Assembly (NCBI GenBank): GCA_040880765.1
Contig: JBBDHT010000067.1
Coordinates: forward strand, 8,141 to 72,140
Direction of reading: 5' to 3'
Length of the DNA stretch: 64,000 nucleotides
Source of the DNA: Acidimicrobiia bacterium
GTDB taxonomy: Bacteria > Actinomycetota > Acidimicrobiia > Spongiisociales > ZC4RG35
The translations under genes and the position numbers were made by a program. The notes under the pieces are model-generated. The model was not told the DNA's origin and did no database searches. It saw only the letters and a list, made by a program, of their open reading frames with translations. Shown here one piece after another: positions 1 to 9,385 of the stretch; the first letter of the stretch is position 1; each line of letters begins with the position of its first letter.

Positions 1-704
1 GAATCGTCCCCGTCGGATTCACCTCCGAAGTCGTACTCAGGGTCGTCGACCGGGTCGTCGACCTGCTCTTCTCCCGCCGCGGCAACGATGTTCTCTTCAT
101 CGGCCGCTCCCGATGCTGCCTCGGGGCTGCCCTCGTCACCAGTCTCGACGGTGTCTTCCGGCGGGATGTCCAAATCGACGATGGCGCTGTCGATGACCTC
201 GCTCATCTCTTCGAGTTCGGAGCCAACGGCTGTCGAGAGCTCGGCGAGCTCTGACTTGACCCGATCGACCAGCCCATCGATTCGTGTGATCTCCTGTTCG
301 GCTTCCGCTTTACGCTGCCGACGGCTCTCCTCATAAGTTTCGGCCTCGCTGCGCGCCCTGACCAGGATCTCGTCGGCTTCCGATCGGGCGTCGGTGACAA
401 TTCGCTCCGCTGTCTCCTGGGCCGCGATCAACGCCTTGCCCAGCGACGACTCATCGATCGGCGCCACCGGTGGCGGCTCGACCACAGGAGCAGGAGCTGG
501 GGCGGTCGCGACGGCGGGCTCTGGCGCTTCGACGGGTGTGACTGGCTTCTTCTCCAATTCGGTTTGGGCTTGCTCCAGCTCCTCATGGAGTTTGCGCATG
601 CTGCGGACAACCTCATCGAGAAAGTCGTCGACTTCGTCGAGGTTGTAACCGCGGAGCGCAGTCGAGAAAGTCTTCTGTTCAATATCTGACGGCGTCAGGG
701 TCAT
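1..704 (-). CDS. divIVA: Cell division protein DivIVA (Wag31-like). The C-terminal end lies beyond the window start.
   Basis: Reverse-complement translation from ATG at 704 gives MTLTPSDIEQKTFSTALRGYNLDEVDDFLDEVV..., a classic DivIVA N-terminus followed by coiled-coil and acidic Glu/Asp-rich sequence. GGAGG lies 5 nt upstream. The gene sits downstream of yggT/sepF as in actinobacteria. It is absent from the ORF track because it runs off the window edge. Confidence 0.85.
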   Translation of the reverse strand, partial: MTLTPSDIEQKTFSTALRGYNLDEVDDFLDEVVRSMRKLHEELEQAQTELEKKPVTPVEAPEPAVATAPAPAPVVEPPPVAPIDESSLGKALIAAQETAERIVTDARSEADEILVRARSEAETYEESRRQRKAEAEQEITRIDGLVDRVKSELAELSTAVGSELEEMSEVIDSAIVDLDIPPEDTVETGDEGSPEAASGAADEENIVAAAGEEQVDDPVDDPEYDFGGESDGDD

Positions 705-782
705 CTCGCCTCCTTGAGATCGACGCCAGAATAAGGGAAATCCGCCGTAGTAGAGGTTTATCCATTCGGTTTCTGGGAGCGG

Positions 783-1037
783 TCAGCGGATGATGCTGAT
801 CAGAATCTGAATCGCGATGATCAACACGATCGGAGAAAGGTCGAGCATGCCGCCGCCGATCCGGAGCGGGGGGACGACACGTCGGAGCGGAAGGATCACC
901 GGGTAGATGAGCCGATCGAGAAAAACTGACACCCGGGCTACAGGGTGATCAGGCGAAACCCTGATCCAGGAAAGTATGATCCAGGCAATCACTGCGTACA
1001 GATAGACCTGCAGCAGGATTACGACGAAGTCCAGCAA
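783..1037 (-). CDS. YggT/Ycf19 family small membrane protein (YlmG-like)
   Basis: 84-aa hydrophobic protein with two TM segments. Its position between sepF and divIVA matches the conserved ylmG slot. Confidence 0.75.
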   Translation of the reverse strand: MLDFVVILLQVYLYAVIAWIILSWIRVSPDHPVARVSVFLDRLIYPVILPLRRVVPPLRIGGGMLDLSPIVLIIAIQILISIIR

Positions 1038-1039
1038 GG

Positions 1040-1615
1040 TCAGTCTTCTATGTCTGCGAGTTCGTAGGCGCCCAGTGAAGCGAGGCGACGCTTTTCGTCA
1101 CGGCTGAGTGTGACTCGCGGCGGCACGACGAGCACCAGGCCGTCGCCTACCTTTCTCATCGAGCCGTCCAGGGCATAGATCAAACCCGATGAGAAATCGA
1201 CAATCCGGCGCACCAGGTCCGAATCGATGTTTCTCATGTCGAGGACAACTGGAGTCCGGTCGCGAATCCGGTCGGCCAACGCCCGCGCATCTGCGAACTC
1301 TTCCACGAGGAGGATGTCAGATTGGATTTCCACCGGGCGAACCATAGGGCCCGAATACGAGCCTGTCCGGCCCTGGGCCACGTTGGCGGCTCGCCCCGTG
1401 GGCGGAGGCTCCACCCTCCGCTCCACATCGCTTGCTTCGACACGGCGCGGCTCGACTCGATGTTGCTCGACGCGGCGCGGCTCAACTCGACGGGACTCGG
1501 CCGGTTCGGGCTCCGGGGCCGAATTGTTCCCGACCTCGCCCCCCTGGTCGTACCCGCCCTGGTCCTCGTCCACGAGTCCTAGATAGACGAGCGCTTTCGA
1601 AAAAAGTGAAGACAT
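1040..1615 (-). CDS. sepF: Cell division protein SepF
   Basis: C-terminal DUF552 core (DILLVEEFADARALADRIRDRTPVVLDMRNID...GLIYALDGSMRKVGDG) with a disordered linker carrying RRVEP repeats. It lies between yggS and yggT. Confidence 0.85.
   Translation of the reverse strand: MSSLFSKALVYLGLVDEDQGGYDQGGEVGNNSAPEPEPAESRRVEPRRVEQHRVEPRRVEASDVERRVEPPPTGRAANVAQGRTGSYSGPMVRPVEIQSDILLVEEFADARALADRIRDRTPVVLDMRNIDSDLVRRIVDFSSGLIYALDGSMRKVGDGLVLVVPPRVTLSRDEKRRLASLGAYELADIED
1437..1496. repeat. Imperfect 30-nt tandem duplication (2 copies, about 25/30 identical) inside the sepF linker
   Basis: tcgacacggcgcggctcgactcgatgttgc / tcgacgcggcgcggctcaactcgacgggac. On the coding strand it encodes VEPRRVEQHR / VEPRRVEASD decapeptide repeats. 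Confidence 0.6.
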
Positions 1616-1628
1616 CGATCAAATCCTA

Positions 1629-2294
1629 TTAGTGAGTTGGTTCAAAGATAGCCCTTCCCACCCTTATGATCGAAGCACCTTCCTCGATTGCCACTTCGAA
1701 GTCGTTGGTCATCCCCATCGAGAGATGGTGCAGCTGATGCGATTCCGTCGACAATTCGGCGCGCAGCTCACGGAGATCGACGAAGAACCTACGGCTGTCC
1801 TCGGGGCCGGAACCGAGGGGAGGGATCGCCATTAACCCCTGGGGCTCGATCCCGAGTTCGATGACCTCGCCAACCAGCTCACCAGCGCGATCCGGATCGA
1901 TCCCGCCCTTCTGTTCCTCGCGACCGATATTCACCTGGATCAGGACCGGCGGCGGCCCTCCGATCCCTTTGACCCATGCTTTGGCCAACGATCTCCGATC
2001 CACCGAATGCAACAGGTGGGTATTGCTCCGGACCGACCTGACTTTGTTCGATTGCAGCGACCCGACGAAATGCCACCGGATATCTCCGGGTAACTCCACC
2101 ACCTTCTCCGCCATCTCCCCGGCCCGGTTCTCCCCGAAGTCGCGATGCCCGGCTTCATAGAGAGATTTGATCTCATCGACGCCGCGCCCCTTCGAGACAG
2201 CCACGACAGTGATCGTCGTCACGTCGCGGCCCGAGCGTGATGCGGCTGCGGCCGTTCGTTCCAGAACCCGTCGATAACCCGCTAGATCCATACT
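1629..2294 (-). CDS. yggS: YggS family pyridoxal-phosphate homeostasis protein (PLPBP/YlmE)
   Basis: ITVVAVSKGRG...WHFVGSLQSNK motifs. Start placed at MDLAGYRRVLER, the internal Met that abuts the pgeF stop; the track ORF begins earlier at 2384. Confidence 0.85.
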   Translation of the reverse strand, partial: SMDLAGYRRVLERTAAAASRSGRDVTTITVVAVSKGRGVDEIKSLYEAGHRDFGENRAGEMAEKVVELPGDIRWHFVGSLQSNKVRSVRSNTHLLHSVDRRSLAKAWVKGIGGPPPVLIQVNIGREEQKGGIDPDRAGELVGEVIELGIEPQGLMAIPPLGSGPEDSRRFFVDLRELRAELSTESHQLHHLSMGMTNDFEVAIEEGASIIRVGRAIFEPTH

Positions 2295-2295
2295 G

Positions 2296-2919
2296 CTAGA
2301 TCCATGCAAGAGCCGCCTGTCGTTGCGGGGTGCCATTGGAGCGGTGGCTGAACCAGCCTCGATCGTGCATCGTGCAGACTCCACCCAACCACACCTCGAG
2401 GCCCTCCACCTGGGTACGGATCGATCCGACGAGATCGACCGATGTCGTGTCCCACGTTGTCTGCGCCGCGGCCTCCGGAAACCGCCCGGCGACCTCGTCG
2501 CCCACTTCGAAGCAGCATGGCCCTATCCCGGGACCGACAAAGGCGCGTTGCAGAGCGAGACCTGCCTCACCCATGGCGGCCCTCAGCTTCGCGACAACTC
2601 CCGCCTCGGTGCCCCTCCAGCCGGCGTGGGCGATGCCCACCGCAGCCGGCGCCTGCAGGACGACGGGGAAGCAGTCGGCGGTGAAGACCGCCAGAGGCAG
2701 AGCAGTCACTGTGGTCCAGAGCGCATCACCATCGCCCGCGGGGCCGGGTTGAGACACCTCGATGACGGCAGAGCCATGGACCTGGCGCAAGGTTGCCCAT
2801 TCAGGACCGATCCCGACCTTCCGCGACAGCGCCAGCCGCGCCCCGGGATCAGACCTGAGATCCCCGTCGCCGGCGTCGCTGAATATCACGCTGCCTGCCC
2901 CTTCGGGCGGCATGATCAT
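2296..2919 (-). CDS. pgeF: Laccase-domain protein YfiH/PgeF (purine nucleoside phosphorylase / polyphenol oxidase family)
   Basis: HAGWRGT motif. ATGA overlap with the ftsZ stop, and it occupies the conserved position immediately downstream of ftsZ. Confidence 0.8.
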   Translation of the reverse strand: MIMPPEGAGSVIFSDAGDGDLRSDPGARLALSRKVGIGPEWATLRQVHGSAVIEVSQPGPAGDGDALWTTVTALPLAVFTADCFPVVLQAPAAVGIAHAGWRGTEAGVVAKLRAAMGEAGLALQRAFVGPGIGPCCFEVGDEVAGRFPEAAAQTTWDTTSVDLVGSIRTQVEGLEVWLGGVCTMHDRGWFSHRSNGTPQRQAALAWI

Positions 2920-3962
2920 CCCTGGACGAAGTTGGGGATGTCGAGGTCGTCGTCACGATCGCGCGACGAGGATGACCGCGCCGACGTCGTGGACCCAAAC
3001 CCCTTGCTGGGCCGGCGCCGGTCGAATCCCGCTGCGATGACCGTGACCTTCATCTCCTCACCCAGATCGTCGTCGACGATCGCTCCGAAGATGAACTCGG
3101 CCTCTTCGTCAGCATGGTCGGACACAATCCTCGCCGCCTGCGTGGCTTCGTGGAGCGTCATCGACGTTGGTCCTGAAACAGACAGGAGCACACCTTTGGC
3201 ACCGTCCATCGAGCTCTCCAGCATCGGGGACGAAATCGCCCTTTCCGCGGCCTGGGTTGCGCGGTTCTCACCGGTGGCCCTCCCGATACCCATGACTGCG
3301 GCCCCGGCGTCGGCCATGATTGTCCTGATGTCGGCAAAGTCGACGTTGATCAGGCCCGGTGTGGTGATGACGTCGGTGATTCCGGTCACACCGCTCATCA
3401 GCACTTCGTCTGCGAGCCGGAATGTGTCGGACATCGGGGCATCGGGGTCGCCTACATCGAGGAGCCGGTCGTTAGGAATCACGATCAGGGTGTCGACCGA
3501 GTCTTTCAGGGCTTCGATCCCCTGTTCGGCGTGGACCGCCCGCCTCCGTCCTTCGAAGCCGAAGGGCCGGGTCACGACGCCTACCGTCAGCGCTCCCACC
3601 GAGCGAGCAACCTCAGCGACGATCGGTGCCCCACCGGTCCCGGTGCCACCACCTTCTCCGGCTGTGATGAAGACCATGTCAGAGCCCTTGAGCACCTCTT
3701 CCAGCTCGGCACGGTGCTCTTCGGCCGCGGCCCGGCCAATCTCGGGGTTTGCCCCGGCGCCGAGGCCACGAGTGACCTCCCGACCGATGTCGAGCTTGAC
3801 ATCGGCATCACTCATCAGCAATGCCTGGGCGTCGGTGTTGAGGGCGATGAATTCGACACCGCGAACACCTGCGTCAACCATCCGGTTGACCGCATTGACC
3901 CCACCGCCGCCGATGCCGACCACCTTGATGACTGCGAGATAACCCGCACTTGAATTGCTCAC
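2916..3962 (-). CDS. ftsZ: Cell division GTPase FtsZ
   Basis: GGGTGTG tubulin signature, [12 protein letters not shown]-terminus and a DIPNFV C-terminal peptide. GTG start with GGAGG 5 nt upstream. Confidence 0.95.
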   Translation of the reverse strand: MSNSSAGYLAVIKVVGIGGGGVNAVNRMVDAGVRGVEFIALNTDAQALLMSDADVKLDIGREVTRGLGAGANPEIGRAAAEEHRAELEEVLKGSDMVFITAGEGGGTGTGGAPIVAEVARSVGALTVGVVTRPFGFEGRRRAVHAEQGIEALKDSVDTLIVIPNDRLLDVGDPDAPMSDTFRLADEVLMSGVTGITDVITTPGLINVDFADIRTIMADAGAAVMGIGRATGENRATQAAERAISSPMLESSMDGAKGVLLSVSGPTSMTLHEATQAARIVSDHADEEAEFIFGAIVDDDLGEEMKVTVIAAGFDRRRPSKGFGSTTSARSSSSRDRDDDLDIPNFVQG

Positions 3963-4051
3963 AAGACCTCCAACAATTGAACCTTGAACAAGAGGTTTAC
4001 ACTTGTTGCTGCGCTTAGTAAACCCTCAAAGTCTAAGGTATTACTTCAGGT

Positions 4052-4897
4052 TTAGGGTTCTTCCTCTCCTTCATCGTCCTCGCCATTTCCGGCTCCATCC
4101 TCACCGGCTTGGCCCGCTCCTCCGTCTCCAGTGGCAGGATCAGGCCCATCCAAAGCGCCTGGAGCGACCACCGCGGGGTTGGTCGGAGCGATCATGTTGA
4201 TCAATGATCCCTCTTCCAGTGACTCCAGCAGGAGGGTGGCAAGGCTGAGCGCTTTGTCGGCCATTTCGACCGGTCTACCGAGTCGCACCTCGAAGCCGCC
4301 CACCACCGCCCACAGTTCGGTGGAGCGCACCTCGATAACTGCGTCGGAGCCCAGAGAGACCGGGAGGGTGTCGATGAACTCGAGTGACCCGAGGACCAAT
4401 CGGGACTCTTCGGCGTCCGACTCCGAAACCGACTCCAGCCTGATATGGCCCATGGTGTCGTCTGGTTGGGACTCACCCGGCAACGCCGCCCCATCGACCG
4501 CACGTCGGGCCCAGCCACCTCCCGTCTCCACCCAAGCCACCGGCGTCCGCTCCGTTACCGCGACCACCACCCGTCTCGGCCAATCGAGAACCACGCTGGC
4601 CTCCTTGACCCAGGGGTCTTCAAGGAGTTGCGCCTCTACGGCTCCGGACCGGATCAGGATCAGTGGTCTGCCCTCCACCACCTTATGGGCCGACAGGACG
4701 GACCGGGTGTCGCTGGACTGGACGCCCGAGACATCGAGAGCTTCGACGCTGAAGGTCGGCGAGAGCAGTAGCCACACGGACCCTCCTATCAGCGCGATCA
4801 GAGCCAGGAGGCGGAGAATCCGGTTGATGCTTCTCCGAGCGCGGTCTTCTGCGACCTCGCGCCTTCTGTCCGCCAGGCGGGGATCAATCGTCATCAT
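4052..4897 (-). CDS. ftsQ: Cell division protein FtsQ/DivIB
   Basis: Basic N-terminus, single TM segment (ILRLLALIALIGGSVWLLL), POTRA-like segment and acidic C-terminal tail. It lies between murB and ftsZ. Confidence 0.8.
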   Translation of the reverse strand: MMTIDPRLADRRREVAEDRARRSINRILRLLALIALIGGSVWLLLSPTFSVEALDVSGVQSSDTRSVLSAHKVVEGRPLILIRSGAVEAQLLEDPWVKEASVVLDWPRRVVVAVTERTPVAWVETGGGWARRAVDGAALPGESQPDDTMGHIRLESVSESDAEESRLVLGSLEFIDTLPVSLGSDAVIEVRSTELWAVVGGFEVRLGRPVEMADKALSLATLLLESLEEGSLINMIAPTNPAVVAPGALDGPDPATGDGGAGQAGEDGAGNGEDDEGEEEP

Positions 4898-5789
4898 CGA
4901 AACCCACCATTTGGATCTCCGGCTCGAGGTCGACGCCGGCGCGCTCGTTCACCAATCGTCGCACTTCGAAAATCAGCGCTCTGATCTCTTCACTTGTCGC
5001 TGTCGGCGATGCGACGAAGAAGTTGGCGTGTTTTTTCGACACCGCCACTTGACCCAGGCCAAAGCCCTTCAGCCCGGCGTTGTCGATGAGGTAGCCGGCG
5101 GTGCTCCCCTCGGGGTTCTTGAACACACTCCCGGCGTTGAGGGTCCCACCCGGCTGATTCTCCTTGCGCCACCGGGTGATCCGACGAAGTTCTTCTTTGC
5201 TGTGACTGCCTTCGGTGGGCCCTGATCCGGCGAACACCGCTGAGACCACCACCCAGTCCGCCTTGACGTTGCTGTGCCGATACCCCATTTCGAGTTTGTC
5301 GGGGTCTGCATTGAAGTCGGTGCCTGATGGGAGATCGATGATGCGGGCGCTGACCAACCGGTCACGCGTTTCGATCCCGAAACAACCGGCATTCTGACGC
5401 ACCGCGCCGCCGACCGAACCGGGGATACCGACAAGAAACTCCAGCCCGGCGATTCCGGCATCGACGCTCCCCCGGGCCACCCGGGGCAACGGTGCTCCCG
5501 CCTCTGCCGTCACTTCGATTCCGTCGTAGGAGATCGCGGCGAAGCCGGTTGCCATGTGGATCGTGAGACCGTCGAAGCCACTGTCGGCAACGAGAAGATT
5601 CGATCCACGACCGAGGACCAGGATCGGAAGGTGCATACCTTTCACTGCTTCGGCGACTTGGCCAAGTTGGGCGGAATTTTCAGGTCGGGCGTAGAACCGT
5701 GACGGACCGCCGGCCTTGTAGGTGGTGAGGGGACCGAGCGGGACATGCTCCTCCACCAGTCCCGAACCGATCAGCATCTCCAGCGTCAT
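4884..5789 (-). CDS. murB: UDP-N-acetylenolpyruvoylglucosamine reductase MurB
   Basis: FAD-binding N-terminus (GGPSRFYARPENSAQL...LVLGRGSNLLV) and a MurB C-terminal domain. ATGA overlap with murC. Confidence 0.9.
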   Translation of the reverse strand: MTLEMLIGSGLVEEHVPLGPLTTYKAGGPSRFYARPENSAQLGQVAEAVKGMHLPILVLGRGSNLLVADSGFDGLTIHMATGFAAISYDGIEVTAEAGAPLPRVARGSVDAGIAGLEFLVGIPGSVGGAVRQNAGCFGIETRDRLVSARIIDLPSGTDFNADPDKLEMGYRHSNVKADWVVVSAVFAGSGPTEGSHSKEELRRITRWRKENQPGGTLNAGSVFKNPEGSTAGYLIDNAGLKGFGLGQVAVSKKHANFFVASPTATSEEIRALIFEVRRLVNERAGVDLEPEIQMVGFDDDD

Positions 5790-7147
5790 GGTCTCGACTC
5801 GGCGAGGATGCGGGCAAGCTCGGTTGGCACAAGGGTGATGTCACCGGCTCCCATCGTGACCACGAGGTCGCCGGGCGCGACGCTTCTCGCCAGAAACGGT
5901 GCCAGCTCCCTCCGGTGCGGAACGTAATCCACTTCTCCCCCAGCGGCCCGCACCGCATCGGCGATCAGCTCGCCGTTGATCCCGGGGATCGGTGTCTCTC
6001 TCGAGCCATACACGTCGGTTACGACGACCCGGTCAGCGATTGCCAGCGCAGCGCCGAATTCGTCGGAGAACCTCTCCGTCCTCGTATAGAGATGAGGCTG
6101 GAAAACGGCCCAGACCCGGCCCGGGTGCCATTCTTTCGCAGTGCGCAGGTTGACTCCTACTTCGGTCGGATGATGTGCGTAATCGTCGATGAGCGTCACG
6201 CCTCCAATGGTTCCCCGATGCTCCCATCTCCTGCCGACACCGGTGAAGCCCTCCAGTCCCGGGGCCGCAGCGGCGACATCCATCCCCATCTCACCTACCA
6301 GGGCGAGCACTCCAGCGGCGTTCAGAGCAACGTGGGTGCCCGGTCGGCTCAGCGCCACGTCGACACTCACTGATGGCCCGACGAGAGTGAACCGGGTTCC
6401 CCCGCCGGTCCGGGCCATGTCCGTCAACTTCCAATCGGCGTTGTCGGAGAGACCGTAGGTGACCGAGGCGGTTTGGCGGGCCAGGTCGGCTGAGCCGGGA
6501 TCATCGGCACATGCGACTACCGGGCCGGCGACAGCTGCTGCAACCGTGACAAACGAGCGGCGCATCTCACGCTCAGATCCGAAATGCTCGAGATGCTCCG
6601 GTTCGACGTTGGTCACGATGAGCCCCTTCAGCGTGAGATGTTCGAACGTGCGAAACGCCTCGTCGGCCTCGACCACCATCAGGTCCGACGTCCCGTAATG
6701 GCCATTGGTGGCGAGACCGGAAATGTCTCCGCCGACGATAAATGACGGATCCAGGCCCAACGATCGGAGGGCAGTGACAAGGAGGGCAGTTGTGGTGGTC
6801 TTTCCGTGGGTCCCGGTAGCGCCGATGGTCGGAACCGAAGCGGTGATGGCTCCGAGCAACCGCGGCCTTCTCCAAACCGGTTTTCCCGAGGCGGAAGCCG
6901 CCAACAACTCCGGATCGCGTTCGGGGACCGCCGAGGACGCCACCACGAGATCGGCCTGTCGGGCAATGTCGGGGTTACTGCCTGCATACGCCTCGATGCC
7001 GAAGTCGCCGAGTCGGCTCAACGTGGCGTCTCCCCGTATGTCGGAGCCCGAGACTTGATGGCCCAGACCGACCAGGACCTTGGCGATGGCGCTCATCCCG
7101 GAGCCGCCGGCACCAACGATGTGGATGCGGTCGTAGTCGAGTCTCAT
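5786..7147 (-). CDS. murC: UDP-N-acetylmuramate--L-alanine ligase MurC
   Basis: IHIVGAGGSGMSAIA N-terminus and Mur ligase GTHGKTTTT P-loop. ATGA overlap with murG. Confidence 0.9.
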   Translation of the reverse strand: MRLDYDRIHIVGAGGSGMSAIAKVLVGLGHQVSGSDIRGDATLSRLGDFGIEAYAGSNPDIARQADLVVASSAVPERDPELLAASASGKPVWRRPRLLGAITASVPTIGATGTHGKTTTTALLVTALRSLGLDPSFIVGGDISGLATNGHYGTSDLMVVEADEAFRTFEHLTLKGLIVTNVEPEHLEHFGSEREMRRSFVTVAAAVAGPVVACADDPGSADLARQTASVTYGLSDNADWKLTDMARTGGGTRFTLVGPSVSVDVALSRPGTHVALNAAGVLALVGEMGMDVAAAAPGLEGFTGVGRRWEHRGTIGGVTLIDDYAHHPTEVGVNLRTAKEWHPGRVWAVFQPHLYTRTERFSDEFGAALAIADRVVVTDVYGSRETPIPGINGELIADAVRAAGGEVDYVPHRRELAPFLARSVAPGDLVVTMGAGDITLVPTELARILAESRP

Positions 7148-8217
7148 CGTGAAGCCTCAATCATGGCTTCTGCAATGGCCTTTGCGGCATTGGGCCGGGC
7201 GATCCGTCGGGCGCCGGCCATCATCGAGTCCAGCGCACCGGGATCGGACATGATCTCCGTGATCACAGCAGGAAGCCGGGTCAGGTCTCGTTCGGTGACG
7301 ACAGCTGCCGCCCCGGCTTTTTCGAGAAATGCCGCGTTTTCCCTCTGATGGCCGGATGACCCGAACTCGCCCGGGACGAGGATTGAAGGGGTTGCCGTCG
7401 CCGTGATCTCGGCAACCGCTCCCCCGGCTCTGGCGACCACGAGGTCGACTGCTGCGAAGAACAGCTCCATGCGTTCCTCGAAGCCTTTGCGCACCCATCG
7501 GACCGACGACTGCCTCCCGCGATAAACATCCTCATGGGAGGCTCCCACGAGGTGCACCACCTGGATTGGCGGACCTTTCCATTCCCCGACCATTCTGGCC
7601 ACTGCCTCGTTGATCACACGTGCCCCCAGCGAGCCCCCGAAGACTCCGAGCACGGGGAGATCAGGGTCGAGCCCGTAGTACTCCAGCGCCCCGGCCCGTA
7701 ATGCTCCGCGATCAAAGCGCGCAATCGAGGAGCGCACGGGATTTCCCACCCACTCCGCTCCGGGAAGACCGAGAGTGTCCGGGAAAGAGGTGAATACTTG
7801 CTCGGCCCATCTGGCCGCGATTCGATTGGCGAGTCCCGCTCCGGCGTTTTGCTCTGAAACGATCAGCGGTGTTCCGGATCTGGTGGCTGCCATCGCAACC
7901 GGGACCGTCACGTAGCCGCCCATTCCCAGCACGGCGCCCACATTCCGCTCGATCAGCTCGTCAGCCATGCGCTTCCTGGCTCGCAGCACCACGACGGGCA
8001 GGGTCAGGTTCGAAGGCGAAAGGCTTCTCTTCAGGCCACGCAGCTCGAGCTGGAGGAATTCGAAGCCGTTCTCGGGGAAGATCTTCGATTCGACCCGGGC
8101 GCCACCGACACAAAGTATGTCCGAGCGGGCCACTCCCGCTTCGACCAGGGCCTCCGCCACGGCCAGCCCCGGATAGACATGACCACCGGTTCCGGCCGCA
8201 GCTATTACGAAACCCAT
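7144..8217 (-). CDS. murG: Undecaprenyldiphospho-muramoylpentapeptide beta-N-acetylglucosaminyltransferase MurG
   Basis: Internal start MGFVIAAAGTGGHVYPGLAVAEAL, the canonical MurG G-loop. The longer track ORF (to 8289) overlaps ftsW. Confidence 0.9.
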   Translation of the reverse strand: MGFVIAAAGTGGHVYPGLAVAEALVEAGVARSDILCVGGARVESKIFPENGFEFLQLELRGLKRSLSPSNLTLPVVVLRARKRMADELIERNVGAVLGMGGYVTVPVAMAATRSGTPLIVSEQNAGAGLANRIAARWAEQVFTSFPDTLGLPGAEWVGNPVRSSIARFDRGALRAGALEYYGLDPDLPVLGVFGGSLGARVINEAVARMVGEWKGPPIQVVHLVGASHEDVYRGRQSSVRWVRKGFEERMELFFAAVDLVVARAGGAVAEITATATPSILVPGEFGSSGHQRENAAFLEKAGAAAVVTERDLTRLPAVITEIMSDPGALDSMMAGARRIARPNAAKAIAEAMIEASR

Positions 8218-8218
8218 G

Positions 8219-9385
8219 TCACTTCTTCGCAGCCGCGACACCCTGTTGTGCGATGTTGACCAGGATGCCGAGCGCCGCCATCGACACAATCAGGGCAGCG
8301 CTGCCGAACGAGACGAACGGAAGGGCAATTCCCGTAATCGGGAGCAACCCGAGAACTCCACCGATGTTCACCAGAGCCTGAAACGAGAGCCAGACGGTGA
8401 TGCCGGCAGCCACCATCCGCCCGAAGTTGTCCGGAGCGCGGAAAGCCACGATCCACCCGGCAAAGGCCAGCACGGCGAAGAGCCCGACAACTGTCATCGA
8501 CCCAATCAACCCGGTCTCCTCGCCGATGATCGCGAAGATGAAATCGGTGTGTGCGTTGGGAAGGTAGAACCAACGTGCCCTGCTCGCTCCGAGGCCCACC
8601 CCGAAGAGGCCCCCATTGGACAGTGCGTAATAACCCTGAACCAACTGATAGCCCTGGTCGGAAGCAGTTCCCCAGGGGTCGAGGAAGCCGTCGAGCCTGC
8701 GGAGCCGGTATGTCTCGCTGAAGGCAAGCACCGTTGCCGCACCCACGGCAGACGTGGCGAGAAGGGCCACGTACCGAAAAGGCGTCACACTTGCCATCAC
8801 CACGGCCAGCGCAGCGGCACCAATCACAATCAACGTCCCCAGATCGGGTTGCTTCATCATCAAGAACCCGACCGAACCGACGATCACGATCATCGGGACG
8901 GCGAAGTGCCAGAAGCGGGTGAGCAGCTTCGCCTTGCGGTCCAGGACCAGCGCCAGTGTGAGTATCACCCCGAGTTTTGCCAGTTCGGAGGGCTGGAGAT
9001 TGAACCCGGGAAGGGGAATCCACCTCTGCGCACCCCCGATTGTCGGGCTCACCATCGGAACCGCGATCAGCAAGCCAACGGAGAGAACCATCAATGGCGC
9101 AGCAACCTTGCGATAGAGCCTGTAGTCGATCCTGCTCGTGATGAGGAGGGCCAGGGTGCCGACGCCGACCCCGATCAATTGCTTCTTGAAGAAGAAGAAA
9201 CGGTCCGCCGCCTGATCGATGCCGACCACCGATGACGCCGATTGTGTCGACCCCAGACCGATGACGATAAGGACGACCGCGACTACCAGCAATGCGGTCG
9301 CCGACCGGTTGTTCACCCGCGCTATCTCGGCCTTGTCCCGAGCTGCAGCCCTCACTCTGCTTATCGAGGTCACATTCGAAGTCAC
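8219..9385 (-). CDS. ftsW: SEDS-family peptidoglycan glycosyltransferase FtsW
   Basis: Polytopic membrane protein typical of the FtsW/RodA family, lying between murD and murG. ATGA overlap with murD. Confidence 0.9.
   Translation of the reverse strand: MTSNVTSISRVRAAARDKAEIARVNNRSATALLVVAVVLIVIGLGSTQSASSVVGIDQAADRFFFFKKQLIGVGVGTLALLITSRIDYRLYRKVAAPLMVLSVGLLIAVPMVSPTIGGAQRWIPLPGFNLQPSELAKLGVILTLALVLDRKAKLLTRFWHFAVPMIVIVGSVGFLMMKQPDLGTLIVIGAAALAVVMASVTPFRYVALLATSAVGAATVLAFSETYRLRRLDGFLDPWGTASDQGYQLVQGYYALSNGGLFGVGLGASRARWFYLPNAHTDFIFAIIGEETGLIGSMTVVGLFAVLAFAGWIVAFRAPDNFGRMVAAGITVWLSFQALVNIGGVLGLLPITGIALPFVSFGSAALIVSMAALGILVNIAQQGVAAAKK

Noticed and set aside
2323-3942. 539-aa plus-strand ORF antisense to ftsZ/pgeF
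   Set aside because: Long antisense frame typical of high-GC DNA. Ala/Arg/Pro/Ser-rich with no motifs, and it fully overlaps strongly supported genes. Similar artefacts elsewhere include 4131..5225+, 8205..9572-, 8216..9235+, 16540..17508+, 17505..18671+, 38695..39927+, 43218..43838-, 44042..45193-, 45788..46528- and 47520..48686-.
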